64,000 nt of DNA, taken from NCBI GenBank assembly GCA_035509435.1, contig DATJLR010000007.1, positions 65,555-129,554 on the forward strand. Reading direction: 5' to 3'. The notes under the pieces were generated by a model. That model searched no databases. It had not been told where the DNA came from and worked only from the letters and a program-made list of their open reading frames with translations. Shown in pieces: positions 8,731-18,286 of this stretch; positions within the stretch are counted from its first letter, which is position 1; each line of letters opens with the position of its first letter. The translations under genes and the position numbers were made by a program. This stretch comes from Minisyncoccota bacterium. GTDB taxonomy: Bacteria; Patescibacteriota; Minisyncoccia; UBA6257; 2-01-FULL-56-20.

Positions 8731-11409
8731 CTACTGCGCTCCCGGGCAGCCGGCGCCGTTCGGATTCTGTTCGCAGAGGCTGGAGCCGCCTACCGTCACT
8801 GTGGCATTGGAAGTCACCGTTGACCCGGCGCCGCCATAATTGCTGTTCACGCACGTGAGAGTGTAGGCGGTGGTGCTCGTGGGGGTCACCGCGAACGGAT
8901 TGGCCGTGGTGTCGATGGTGCCCTGGGACGAGAGCGATGTCGAGGACAATATCGTGCTCCCCTGCGTGAGCTGGCACGCCGTCACGTTCGAGCAGCTGTA
9001 GCTCAGGCCCGAGGATTCAGGAATGACGATCGATGAAGGGTTCGCGGTGAGCTTCGGACTGCAGACGGGGCAGTTGACGCCCGGAGTGCACGCCGGCGGC
9101 GGGAGCACCGTGATCGTCACTGTTTGCGAAACGCTCGGGTTTGCCGTCGACGTTACCTTGATCGTCACGGTCGTCGTCGTGTTCACCGTAGCGGGCGGCG
9201 TGTAGACGCCGGTCGAAGAGATCGTGCCGCCGCCCGAGACCACGGTCCATGTGACGCCTGGTGCCCCGGGCTGGCCGTTCTGGGTGGTCGTTGTCGCGTT
9301 GCAATCGCTCGTGCCGTTCGTATAAGTAGAGCTCGGCGTGCAGCTCACCGTGATGCCCGTGACAGGCGCTTCAGTGACCGTGATCGTGTCGGTGCCGGAC
9401 TTCGAAGGATCCTGGTTGGAGGTGCCTTTTACGGTCACAGTGATCGAACCTGCCACCGATGCAGGGGGTGTGTAGACGCCGGTCGAAGAGATCGTGCCGC
9501 CGCCCGAGACCACCGTCCACGTGACGCCTTGGCCGGAGCCGCCGCCAATGGTCGCCGTGCAGTTGCTTGTTTCCTCGGTATTGATCGGGCTCGGCGCGCA
9601 GTTCACGCTCACACTTGTGACGGATCCGCCCGGACCGCCGCCTGTGACCACGGTGATCATGCCGGTGTTGGACTTCGAAGGATCCTGGTTGGAGGTGCCT
9701 TTGATCGTGACGGTCGTCGTCGCAGCGACTGACGGGGGCGGCGTATAAACGCCGGTTGAAGAGATCGTGCCGCCGCCCGAGACCACCGTCCACGTGACAC
9801 CCTGGCCGGAGCCGCCGGTGATGGTCGCGGTGCAATTACTCGTTTGGGTAGTGTCGATCGGATTCGGCGCGCAGTTCACGCTCACACCGGTGACAGAGCC
9901 TCCTCCTCCTCCGCCGCCGCCCGAGCCGCCGGTCGGAGTCACTGTGATCGTGCCGGTGCCCGATTTCGAAGGATCATCTTTTGACGTTCCCCTCACCGTC
10001 ACCGTTGTCGTCGCGTTCACCGTCGCCGGCGGCGTGTAGACGCCGGTCGAAGAGATCGTGCCGCCGCCCGAGACCACCGTCCACGTGACGCCGCCGCCCG
10101 AGCCGCCGCTTACCGTCGCGGTGCAGTTGCTCGTCTGCGTAGTGTTGATCGGATTCGGCGCGCAGCCGACGCTTACGCCGGTGACAGGATTACTGCCGCC
10201 AGATCCGGGCGTGACGGTAAAGGTAATGGTAAGGACGGCGGTCGGTGGAGGCATAACAGTTCCCGGCGAGGAAGCTCCGGTAAATACTATTGTTCCGGTT
10301 TTTGTCGTTCCCGCCGCTAACCCTGCCGCATTTGCTGTAATGGTGACACTTTGCGAAGCATTACCTGAAGCACCATTCGTAATGCCTCCGGCATTTGTCG
10401 AAGGGGAAGCGGAGAGCCACGAGGAATTAGACGTAGCTGTCCACGTCAGCTTCGATCCCGGGGCACCGGTATTCGTTATCGTGACCGGACTTGTAACCGA
10501 ACTTCCGGCGGCGGCGCTGAGCGGTAGCGACGTGGGATTGACCGCAATATTGGCTTCCGGATCCCAAAGTATGATATACGACACCGTTCCGGAAGCTGTC
10601 AGTGTTTGAGAGGATGGAGTAGCGGTGGAGAGGCTGACGGCCTCAGCGGTTGAGCCGACAACGCCTCTCACGAGAGAGAGCATGGTCGCAAGGAATCCCC
10701 CGCTCTTTAATGAGGAAGGTGCCAACTTGATGGAGTTGAAAACATATGACTGTGGAGTCAGGAGCGAAACCGTATTGAGAGGCAAAATAATGCTGCCCGC
10801 TCCGGCAACCGAGTCGCCTACCGCAGGCTGATTGGAATAAGTTTGAGAGGTTCCTTGGCAATTCGTACCGTTACAAACAGAGGTAGCGCCATCGGTGATG
10901 CTCCACTTTGCCGGAACAAGGACGCTGTTAACTACCGAATTCTCCGAAGTTACCTTGACGGTACCAAGAACCGGCGGCGGCGGCGTCCCCGGCGTAACGT
11001 TGATCGTGATCGTTGTTGTCGGATATTCATCGGGGTCAACGCTGTCTGAACAATCCGCGTTGATGGTGAATGTTCCCGTTCCGGCTGCAATGCCCGTCAC
11101 GGAGAAAACACCTTGGCCCGCGATGGGCCCACTTGTATCCTTTACAAGAGTTGCCGAAAAATCAGCCGGGGTGCTCGGAATATCAAGCTGACACACCACT
11201 TCTTCGCCCGCAATTCCTTTCCCGCAACCGGGTCCTGAAATGTTTTCCGAGATCGTCTGCCCCACCTGGACAGAATAGGGTCCCTGGCTTTGGAATGCAC
11301 AATTGGTCATGCCGGCCGCAGCAGCAAAAGCAGAATGCGGAACAGACGCGGCGAACATGCCGATCGCCAAGAAAAGGACCGACGCGACGAGTGCTAAAGT
11401 TTTTTTCAT
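8731..11409 (-). CDS. Large secreted Ser/Thr/Gly-rich surface protein with a BACON-like and four tandem Ig-like domains
   Basis: Signal peptide; LTWTATSNSSWLS (BACON-like); 4x C-P-PI...C.AT...GVTWTVVSGGGTISSTGVYTPP. Confidence 0.8.
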   Translation of the reverse strand: MKKTLALVASVLFLAIGMFAASVPHSAFAAAAGMTNCAFQSQGPYSVQVGQTISENISGPGCGKGIAGEEVVCQLDIPSTPADFSATLVKDTSGPIAGQGVFSVTGIAAGTGTFTINADCSDSVDPDEYPTTTITINVTPGTPPPPVLGTVKVTSENSVVNSVLVPAKWSITDGATSVCNGTNCQGTSQTYSNQPAVGDSVAGAGSIILPLNTVSLLTPQSYVFNSIKLAPSSLKSGGFLATMLSLVRGVVGSTAEAVSLSTATPSSQTLTASGTVSYIILWDPEANIAVNPTSLPLSAAAGSSVTSPVTITNTGAPGSKLTWTATSNSSWLSASPSTNAGGITNGASGNASQSVTITANAAGLAAGTTKTGTIVFTGASSPGTVMPPPTAVLTITFTVTPGSGGSNPVTGVSVGCAPNPINTTQTSNCTATVSGGSGGGVTWTVVSGGGTISSTGVYTPPATVNATTTVTVRGTSKDDPSKSGTGTITVTPTGGSGGGGGGGGSVTGVSVNCAPNPIDTTQTSNCTATITGGSGQGVTWTVVSGGGTISSTGVYTPPPSVAATTTVTIKGTSNQDPSKSNTGMITVVTGGGPGGSVTSVSVNCAPSPINTEETSNCTATIGGGSGQGVTWTVVSGGGTISSTGVYTPPASVAGSITVTVKGTSNQDPSKSGTDTITVTEAPVTGITVSCTPSSTYTNGTSDCNATTTTQNGQPGAPGVTWTVVSGGGTISSTGVYTPPATVNTTTTVTIKVTSTANPSVSQTVTITVLPPPACTPGVNCPVCSPKLTANPSSIVIPESSGLSYSCSNVTACQLTQGSTILSSTSLSSQGTIDTTANPFAVTPTSTTAYTLTCVNSNYGGAGSTVTSNATVTVGGSSLCEQNPNGAGCPGAQ
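9200..10190. repeat. Four near-identical intragenic Ig-domain repeats (~270-290 bp period)
   Basis: GTGTAGACGCCGGTCGAAGAGATCGTGCCGCCGCCCGAGACCAC recurs at ~9200, ~9470, ~9742 (variant) and ~10034. Confidence 0.85.
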
Positions 11410-11410
11410 A

Positions 11411-11860
11411 TTATTTGACGAGATAGGTTATGGTTGCGTGTGATCCGCTGCCTTCCGACTCGATCACCACCTGCAGCTGATCGGCGCCCTGAGTTGCCGT
11501 GAGAACCTCATATGTAGGCTGCGTCGTAAGTGAACCCGTCAACTGCCAGTTGCTGTTTGAAAGGTACGCCTCATAATCACCAAAGAGCGTCGCCATGGAA
11601 CTCGATGAGTCATATTCTGCAGTATATTGATTGGTGCTCGTCGAGTAAGCGATGGAATAACTCCCACCCACTGCGGCGTTTGTATCCAAAATAAGATCTT
11701 TCGGGAACTGGCTCACGAGCTGACCCTGCGGCGCATACACCGGAGCAGGACCCGACGCGACCGGCGCCTTGGGCATCGTTGCCCACGCTATCCATACGAT
11801 AGCTACGACCACGACCACCGCTACGCCCACCCAGGCCCATACCTTTTTGGAGTCAGTCAT
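11411..11860 (-). CDS. Hypothetical membrane-anchored protein, co-transcribed with the surface protein
   Basis: N-terminal TM helix; 1-nt gap to the next gene. Confidence 0.75.
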   Translation of the reverse strand: MTDSKKVWAWVGVAVVVVVAIVWIAWATMPKAPVASGPAPVYAPQGQLVSQFPKDLILDTNAAVGGSYSIAYSTSTNQYTAEYDSSSSMATLFGDYEAYLSNSNWQLTGSLTTQPTYEVLTATQGADQLQVVIESEGSGSHATITYLVK

Positions 11861-11967
11861 ACCTTTATCATAGCAGAGTAGAGTGGGAAGGGGGTGTGGA
11901 TAAACAAAGCCCCCTCCCGATTACTCGAGAAGGGGCTAGGGCTATTTCTCCGGTGGTTGCCGGAAGG

Positions 11968-13632
11968 TCAATACTTTGCCTTAGGAATGGTGAACGGGTT
12001 GCAGGTGGCCGCCGAGGAACAAGCGTATGAAACGCTCCCCTCTGCGTTGACCGTGAGCCACGTGGGGAGAACGGGAACCATTACCCCCGGGATCGGCGTG
12101 GCTGCTCCGGTGCTCGGATTGAGCACCGTGAACGTTCCTGCGGAATCCGGCACATCGGCATTGCCTATCACAGCAACGTCGTCTGCCATATCCGCAGTAA
12201 GCGACACGGGGGTTCCGGGCAGTGTGACGTTATTGCCCACCGTCTTCAACGTTGATTCATTGAAGATGGCGGCGATCCCATCACCGTACGAAACAACCAC
12301 ACCGAGACCCAGCGAATCGAACACCACAACGTCCGATCCTCCGGGAGCTTCCGACGTGATGCCGCTGATCGGCTGAGAATTGACCAGCGTCATGGTGTCG
12401 ACGTTGACGACATTGATGGCCGGTCCGCTGCCTCCTACCGTGAGGACGTAGGCGTACGTGACGCCGTTCGTTACCCCCATTGTAAGCGACTGCGGATCTG
12501 CTCCAACGTTCAAGCTCACGAGGTGCGTTGTTACAAACGGAGATCCGGTGATGCTGCCGCACGAAAGGTTATTCGCCGCCGCTGGCTGCAAAAGACACTC
12601 GTAGCCATTTTCCGCCGCGCTCTCCGTAACCGGATTTGTATCGTTCAACTGTGGCTCCGGAGTGTCGGTCATACCACCGTTTTCGTCGTAGACTCCTCCA
12701 TCAACAATCACGAATCCCGTGACATCATTGTCCACGGCAATACCGTAGGTGGGGGCGCCGACGAAGAACTTTCCGTCGGGCGCTCCCGCTGCCGTGTACT
12801 TATCCACGTATCCGTTCAGAGGCTGTCCGTTGAAAAGATTCTGGCCCTGGACGACCTCCGATGGGTTCAGGCAGAAAATTTCTCCCGCCTTCGAAGCCGC
12901 GCACATGTTGTGGGAGTACAATGCGAACGAAACCGCGTTTGAACATCCCGTCCCATCCGCCTTGCACACCTTTGCCTGAAAATATCCCGAGGTCTCATGA
13001 ACCTGGTCGATCCCCAGAACCACTTGGGCTTCTCCGGAGTTGACCAGTTGAGAACTCAAAATATTTGCGTCGGGCGTGATGACTATCTGATCACCGGCAG
13101 CGAAATTCGCGCCGGTGAACGTCATGAGGGCGCCCCCGCATTGGCTAAGACACCACTGCACCGCAGGGGCGACCGATGTCAGCGTGGGAGTTGGAGGCGG
13201 CGGCGTTGACACCGGATTGATGGTGATCGTCGCGGAACCCGTTACGTTTGTGTAGCCAGGAACCGTTGAGGCCGCGGAGACCTTCGCGCTGGTGGTGGCC
13301 GTGATGGACGAAGAAGCGGTAAACTTCCCCGTCGTATCGATCGTTCCGTCGGTTGACGGACTGACCGACCACGTGACCGCCTGCGAAGGGTTGTTGGTTC
13401 CGCTGACCGTTGCAGTGAGCTGCTGGCTTGCGCCGGCATTCACTGTTGCGGTCGAGGGACTTACAACGACCGCCGTCACCGTCGTGGTTGTGTTACCGCC
13501 GCCGGATCCGGTAGGGCTTCCGCCTCCGCACCCTGCCGCAACGAGAGAGAAAATGGTGAAGGCAACGACCAAGCCGGACAGCTTGGTCGCGATTCGAGAC
13601 GTAAACGTAGCGAAGCTTGTGCTGCCGCGCAT
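11968..13632 (-). CDS. Putative lipoprotein with Ig-like (Big_2/IPT-like) domains and a beta-propeller-like C-terminus
   Basis: Lipobox-like VAAGC-GGG, VSPSTATV..QQLTATV..VTWSV; own TTGACA-17-TATAGT promoter and AGGAGG SD. Confidence 0.75.
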   Translation of the reverse strand: MRGSTSFATFTSRIATKLSGLVVAFTIFSLVAAGCGGGSPTGSGGGNTTTTVTAVVVSPSTATVNAGASQQLTATVSGTNNPSQAVTWSVSPSTDGTIDTTGKFTASSSITATTSAKVSAASTVPGYTNVTGSATITINPVSTPPPPTPTLTSVAPAVQWCLSQCGGALMTFTGANFAAGDQIVITPDANILSSQLVNSGEAQVVLGIDQVHETSGYFQAKVCKADGTGCSNAVSFALYSHNMCAASKAGEIFCLNPSEVVQGQNLFNGQPLNGYVDKYTAAGAPDGKFFVGAPTYGIAVDNDVTGFVIVDGGVYDENGGMTDTPEPQLNDTNPVTESAAENGYECLLQPAAANNLSCGSITGSPFVTTHLVSLNVGADPQSLTMGVTNGVTYAYVLTVGGSGPAINVVNVDTMTLVNSQPISGITSEAPGGSDVVVFDSLGLGVVVSYGDGIAAIFNESTLKTVGNNVTLPGTPVSLTADMADDVAVIGNADVPDSAGTFTVLNPSTGAATPIPGVMVPVLPTWLTVNAEGSVSYACSSAATCNPFTIPKAKY

Positions 13633-13762
13633 AGACGTTCCTCCTATTCCTTATAGTATTGAGATTATGCCGCCGTCAGGCGCGTGCCTGACGTGCTGCC
13701 AAGACTATAGCAAAATTATCAAATAGTGTCAAATTAGCGCGGCAAAAACAGGGCTCTTGACG

Positions 13763-14413
13763 TCAGCACTGTATCGTCCCCCCGCCCGCGTAACAGTCGA
13801 TGGAGCGGGCGCTCACGGTGGTCTGGAGATTCACCACGTCGTTCTCGACCGCCGTGTCGGTGGAACTCGGCGCGATGCCTATGGAGACCGTGACGCGCGG
13901 CGGCCAGTGGTCGCCTTCCGTCTGGCCATACAGCTGGAACTGCAGATATTTTACCGACACCGTGTCGCCCGTGAGCGACTGCGGCGCGGAGCTGAGCGTT
14001 GAGCTCTCCACAAGCTGCCACGCAAGCGATCCCGTCGTGGGCCGTTCGTAGACGATGCGGTCGCCCTGCGCGTCGTAGAAGTCGAGCGCGTTGCACGTCC
14101 ATGTGCCCGCGGTCGCTCCCGGCGCGCTGGAAAACGTACAGCCGCAATCCGCATTGGCCTTGCCCGCAACCGATCCCGGAACGCCGCTCCCCGGCGTATT
14201 GCCGCCCACCGTGTTGCAAAAAAGGTAGCCGGTGCGGATCTGGCGCGCCATTTCCTCGAGCGTGATGCTGATATTGCTCTCCGCGGAAATAAGCGACGAC
14301 ACCTGCCGCTGGGTGCGCACCGCATTCGCGAACGCGCCGACCGCGATCGTGATGATGATCGTAAAAAGGCCGACGGTGATGAGCATTTCTATAAGCGTAA
14401 ATCCTTTCTTCAT
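13763..14413 (-). CDS. Minor type IV pilin / pseudopilin
   Basis: KKGFTLIEML class III signal peptide. Confidence 0.88.
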   Translation of the reverse strand: MKKGFTLIEMLITVGLFTIIITIAVGAFANAVRTQRQVSSLISAESNISITLEEMARQIRTGYLFCNTVGGNTPGSGVPGSVAGKANADCGCTFSSAPGATAGTWTCNALDFYDAQGDRIVYERPTTGSLAWQLVESSTLSSAPQSLTGDTVSVKYLQFQLYGQTEGDHWPPRVTVSIGIAPSSTDTAVENDVVNLQTTVSARSIDCYAGGGTIQC

Positions 14414-14940
14414 GGCTGGTAATGATAAAAGATGTCCTCAAGCGTGATCGTGTTCCCGAGCGCGCCGCTTGACCATGTGACGCTCGACTGCACATCGATG
14501 CTCTGGCCGTTGTTCGTCACCTTTATATTGCGGACGAAATCCGTTGCCGTTGCCGCGAAAGGATTGTTGCTATAGAGATGGGTGGTCGGATTGAAATACA
14601 ATTTGGTATTGGGCGCGCCGCTTTGAAAACTGAGGCCCGCGCAGCTGGTGGTCGTATAATCGATCGGGAAATAATAGTGGGCGCCCGCGTACGGGAAACA
14701 GCTCCCCCAGCTGTAGGAGCCGTTACCCCCAAGCTGTTCATACACGTCATGGTCGATCAGGTTCTTTACGATCTCGATCCCTTCCGCCGCAAGATATGTT
14801 GCCTGCGTGTCGTCCGCTGTCGTGCGGTTCAGCTGGAAGGATTTTGTAAGGAGCGTGACGATGCCCACGAAGCCGACCATAAGGATGCTGAGCGCGATGA
14901 GCGCTTCCACAAGTGTCTGTCCTTTGCGGGAATTGATCAT
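14410..14940 (-). CDS. Minor type IV pilin (PilV-like)
   Basis: KGQTLVEAL prepilin motif; ATYLAAEGIE. Confidence 0.85.
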   Translation of the reverse strand: MINSRKGQTLVEALIALSILMVGFVGIVTLLTKSFQLNRTTADDTQATYLAAEGIEIVKNLIDHDVYEQLGGNGSYSWGSCFPYAGAHYYFPIDYTTTSCAGLSFQSGAPNTKLYFNPTTHLYSNNPFAATATDFVRNIKVTNNGQSIDVQSSVTWSSGALGNTITLEDIFYHYQP

Positions 14941-15533
14941 AGGCTTACTTGCCCTTCGGCGTTTACGGTAATGGCGCGCACGAGATTGTTATCTACGGTG
15001 CCAATGTAAACGTACGAGGACGGCGCGGGATAAAGGAATGTCGTCCCGTTGCGGCTGATCAGCGTGAACGGGTCGGGAGGATAGAACAGGACATACTTGA
15101 TGGTGTCGCTCGCGGGGCTGGAAGGATTCTTCAGCACAACGCCCGGCGCGGTGTGGACCTGCCAGCTGCCGCCGGCGTATTCGGCGACATCCGCCGTGTT
15201 GACGGCGGCGGTCGTGCTCGCGAGGGTCGGACACACGAACCGTCCCGGATATTGCGCCGAGCTGATCGCGGAGTTGTATGCAAAGAGGGAATATTGGGAA
15301 TTTGCGAGGTCGAAATATACGCCGTACGCGCACGTCTTGGAGTTCGTGCTGTATGTGGCAATGGAAAGCTCCTTTGCCTCAAGGATGAGCTGCGCCACCT
15401 TGGACTCCTCTATGGAAAGCGCGATCTGATCCTGCCCCGCGTGGCTGTATACGATGGCCAATCCCGAAAGCAACGCCGTGATGGCGATCACGACAAGCAT
15501 TTCTACCAATGTGAATCCCTTCCTCGTTTTCAT
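14937..15533 (-). CDS. Minor type IV pilin (FimT/GspH-like)
   Basis: RKGFTLVEML prepilin motif. Confidence 0.85.
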   Translation of the reverse strand: MKTRKGFTLVEMLVVIAITALLSGLAIVYSHAGQDQIALSIEESKVAQLILEAKELSIATYSTNSKTCAYGVYFDLANSQYSLFAYNSAISSAQYPGRFVCPTLASTTAAVNTADVAEYAGGSWQVHTAPGVVLKNPSSPASDTIKYVLFYPPDPFTLISRNGTTFLYPAPSSYVYIGTVDNNLVRAITVNAEGQVSL

Positions 15534-15584
15534 GCGTACATTCATTCTATCATTTTGGACACGGGCGCGCCCTCCGCCCCCATG

Positions 15585-16442
15585 TCATCCCGCGCCGAGC
15601 AGGGAAAGATACCAGCCCACTATCGCGGGTCCCCACAGGAGCGCCACTCCCGCGCCGAGCGCGAGGAACGGCCCGAACGGTATGGTGCCCTTCATGGTAT
15701 TCCTGCCCAGCGCCACCTGGAGCACGCCGGCCGCGGCGCCGAGTACGAACGCAAATACGAGCGCGAGGATGATGTCCGGCCAGCCGAAGAGCAGTCCGAG
15801 CGGAATGGCAAGCTTGAGGTCGCCCATTCCCATTCCCCTGCCGCGGGTGATGGCGATGAGGAACGCAAAGAACGCGCCGCCGAACACCGCCCCCGCAACG
15901 TGCGCCCACGCGGCGCTCCACTGCAGGCCGAAGATCGCGGCCGACGGGCCGATGAGCGACGGGTTGCCCGGCCCGAAATATCCCGCGATCATGATCGTAA
16001 GGAAAACGCCCAGCACGCCAAGAAATATGTTGATCTCATCCGGGATGATGCCGAGCCGGATATCTATCACGGCCATCGCAAGAAGCGCTTCAAGCGCGGC
16101 GATCCAGATGGCGGACACGACGATGAGCGGCGCGGCAGCGACGCCCACGGCGAACGGCACGAGCGCGAACACAAAGCCGGAAAGCAGTTCCACCACCGGA
16201 TATTGCATGGTGAGCCGCGCCCCGCAGCGGCGGCAGCGGCCGCCCTGCGCGAGATAGCTCGCGAGAGGCACGAGCTCGAACCAGCGCAGCGTCGCCTTGC
16301 AATGCGGGCAATGCGAACGGCCGCCGATCATCTTCGCGTCCAGCAAAAAATGCTCGCCGTCATAGCGCAATATGACGACGTTCAAAAAACTTCCGATCGC
16401 GATGCCGAAAAGGAAGAGAATGATCACCGTGATGGGGGCCAT
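15585..16442 (-). CDS. pilD: Prepilin peptidase (A24)
   Basis: GSFLNVVI, RSHCPHC, CRRC, GMGDLKL and PFGPFL motifs; start MAPITV. Confidence 0.93.
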   Translation of the reverse strand: MAPITVIILFLFGIAIGSFLNVVILRYDGEHFLLDAKMIGGRSHCPHCKATLRWFELVPLASYLAQGGRCRRCGARLTMQYPVVELLSGFVFALVPFAVGVAAAPLIVVSAIWIAALEALLAMAVIDIRLGIIPDEINIFLGVLGVFLTIMIAGYFGPGNPSLIGPSAAIFGLQWSAAWAHVAGAVFGGAFFAFLIAITRGRGMGMGDLKLAIPLGLLFGWPDIILALVFAFVLGAAAGVLQVALGRNTMKGTIPFGPFLALGAGVALLWGPAIVGWYLSLLGAG

Positions 16443-16504
16443 ATCATCATGATAACAAAAAATCCCGCCGGAAGGCGGGATCTTTGCAGATGGCCCACAA
16501 AACG

Positions 16505-16999
16505 CTAGAGCGTCTTGCAGTAATCTCCCGTGCCCGTGCACGATAGCACGCCCGTCACCGTGGGGAAGCTTGCCCCGTTGTAATTGGTGAAGGCCGAATT
16601 GTTTGGATTCTCAAGCGTCGCCTCAAGGACATAGAGGCTTCCGGTGCCGTTCGTACCATACTGATAGTTATGGCCGGCAGTGGGATCGTTGGGAACGCTC
16701 GTGATGGCGATCGCCGTGGTTCCTTCGAGCGCAGTGGTCAAATTGGCCCACGAGCTGATCTCGCTGAAGTTGCCGCAGGACGAACCGGTCTGCTTGGTAC
16801 CCGGATAATAACCGCACTCGTTGTAGTAGAGCTCTAACCCGTTCTGGACCTCGCTCAAATCCGAGATCCTTCTCGCGTCGCGGCCTGCCTGCTGGGTCGG
16901 CCCAAGGCCGACGAGCACGACCGACGCCAAAATGGCGATGATCGCGACGACGATCAGAATTTCAATGAGGGTGAAGCCCTTTCTTTGCGTTGAGTTCAT
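16505..16999 (-). CDS. Probable major type IV pilin (PilA/GspG-like)
   Basis: KGFTLIEILIVVAIIAILA, RDARRISDL, LELYY, PNDP; has its own promoter. Confidence 0.85.
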   Translation of the reverse strand: MNSTQRKGFTLIEILIVVAIIAILASVVLVGLGPTQQAGRDARRISDLSEVQNGLELYYNECGYYPGTKQTGSSCGNFSEISSWANLTTALEGTTAIAITSVPNDPTAGHNYQYGTNGTGSLYVLEATLENPNNSAFTNYNGASFPTVTGVLSCTGTGDYCKTL

Positions 17000-17056
17000 A
17001 TTCCAGTGGAAAATCGTTTCGACCTTTTAAAACGGTTGACCCATTTATTATAGCAT

Positions 17057-18268
17057 TTAGTGAATGCTGTCCGTGAGGTTGTATATGGGGATAAGAATTG
17101 AGGCAAAAAGCAGGCCTACCATGACGCCGATGCCGATCATAAGCACCGGCTGGATAAGGTCCACCAGGTTGTTCGTGATCTCGTCCGCCTCGCGGGTGTA
17201 GATGCCGGAAAGGCGGTTGAACATCTCCTCCACTTTTCCCGTCGTTTCGCCGACCGCCACCATCTGCGGGATGAGCGCGGGGAAATACTGCGGATACTTG
17301 GCGATGCTTTGCGAGAGAAGCGATCCCTGGCGCACATCTTCCGCGATGTCGTGCACCACGTCGCGGTACAGAACGTTGCCCACCATGTGCCCGATGATCT
17401 CGAGTGCCTGCGCGATGGGAATGCCGCCGTGCACAAGGAGCGCCGCCGAGTTGCCGAAGCGCGCCATGATCACCGGCAGGTACACTTTCTTGACGATCGG
17501 CAGGCGGATCTTTGCCTCGTCAAGGATCGCTTCGCCCTCCGCGGTCTGGAAATAATTCACGGCAAGGCCGGCGACGGCGACGGCGGCGACAACGACCGCG
17601 ATCCACCATTTATGCAAAAAGTTTCCGGTATTGAGAAGTATCTGCGTGTACCACGGGAGCGCAACGCCGTTCTCGGCAAACACGCCGCCGAGCGACGGGT
17701 ACACGAACGTGACAAGGATGAATGCCACGACGATGAAAAGCGCGATGACGATGCCCGGATAGACGAGCGCGGACGACGCCTTGCTCGCCAGGTCGCCTTC
17801 CTTTTCGGTGTAATCCGCAAGGAATGCCGCGACTTCGTTCAGGTTCCCGGTCACCTCTGCCGCGCGTACGAGCTCAATATAATAATCGGGGAACACGCGG
17901 TTCTGCCGCTCAAGCGCCTGAGAGAACGAAACGCCCGCGTCGATATCCTCCGTCATCTGGGATATCGCGGTCTTGAGGGTGGGGCTTGTCGTCTGCTCGT
18001 ACAGGATCTTGAGCGCGTTGTTGAGCGGCAGGCGCGCCTCGAGCAGCGTCGCAAGCTGGCGCGCGAAGACGATCAGTTCCTTGCGCCGGACGCGCGAAAA
18101 GAATCCGGCGATGTTGTCGAACATGTTCGGCGCCCGCTCGGCGACGACGGAAAGCACAAAAAGGTCGTGTCCCGCCAGGATCGCGCTCGCCGAGTCGCGG
18201 TCGGAGGCCTCGACGATCCCCACCTGCGTCGTCCCGTCTTTGGTTTTGGCCTGGTATTTGAATTTCAT
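17057..18268 (-). CDS. pilC: Type IV pilus inner-membrane platform protein
   Basis: FARQLATLL, AEVTGNL, GETTGKV; GspF family. Confidence 0.93.
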   Translation of the reverse strand: MKFKYQAKTKDGTTQVGIVEASDRDSASAILAGHDLFVLSVVAERAPNMFDNIAGFFSRVRRKELIVFARQLATLLEARLPLNNALKILYEQTTSPTLKTAISQMTEDIDAGVSFSQALERQNRVFPDYYIELVRAAEVTGNLNEVAAFLADYTEKEGDLASKASSALVYPGIVIALFIVVAFILVTFVYPSLGGVFAENGVALPWYTQILLNTGNFLHKWWIAVVVAAVAVAGLAVNYFQTAEGEAILDEAKIRLPIVKKVYLPVIMARFGNSAALLVHGGIPIAQALEIIGHMVGNVLYRDVVHDIAEDVRQGSLLSQSIAKYPQYFPALIPQMVAVGETTGKVEEMFNRLSGIYTREADEITNNLVDLIQPVLMIGIGVMVGLLFASILIPIYNLTDSIH

Positions 18269-18286
18269 GCCACCGTATCCGTCCCG

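Noticed and set aside
9200-10190. Regularly spaced ~44-bp direct repeats resembling a CRISPR array
   Set aside because: Period is ~270-290 bp, the repeats are in frame within Ig domains, the intervening sequence is also homologous, and there are no cas genes
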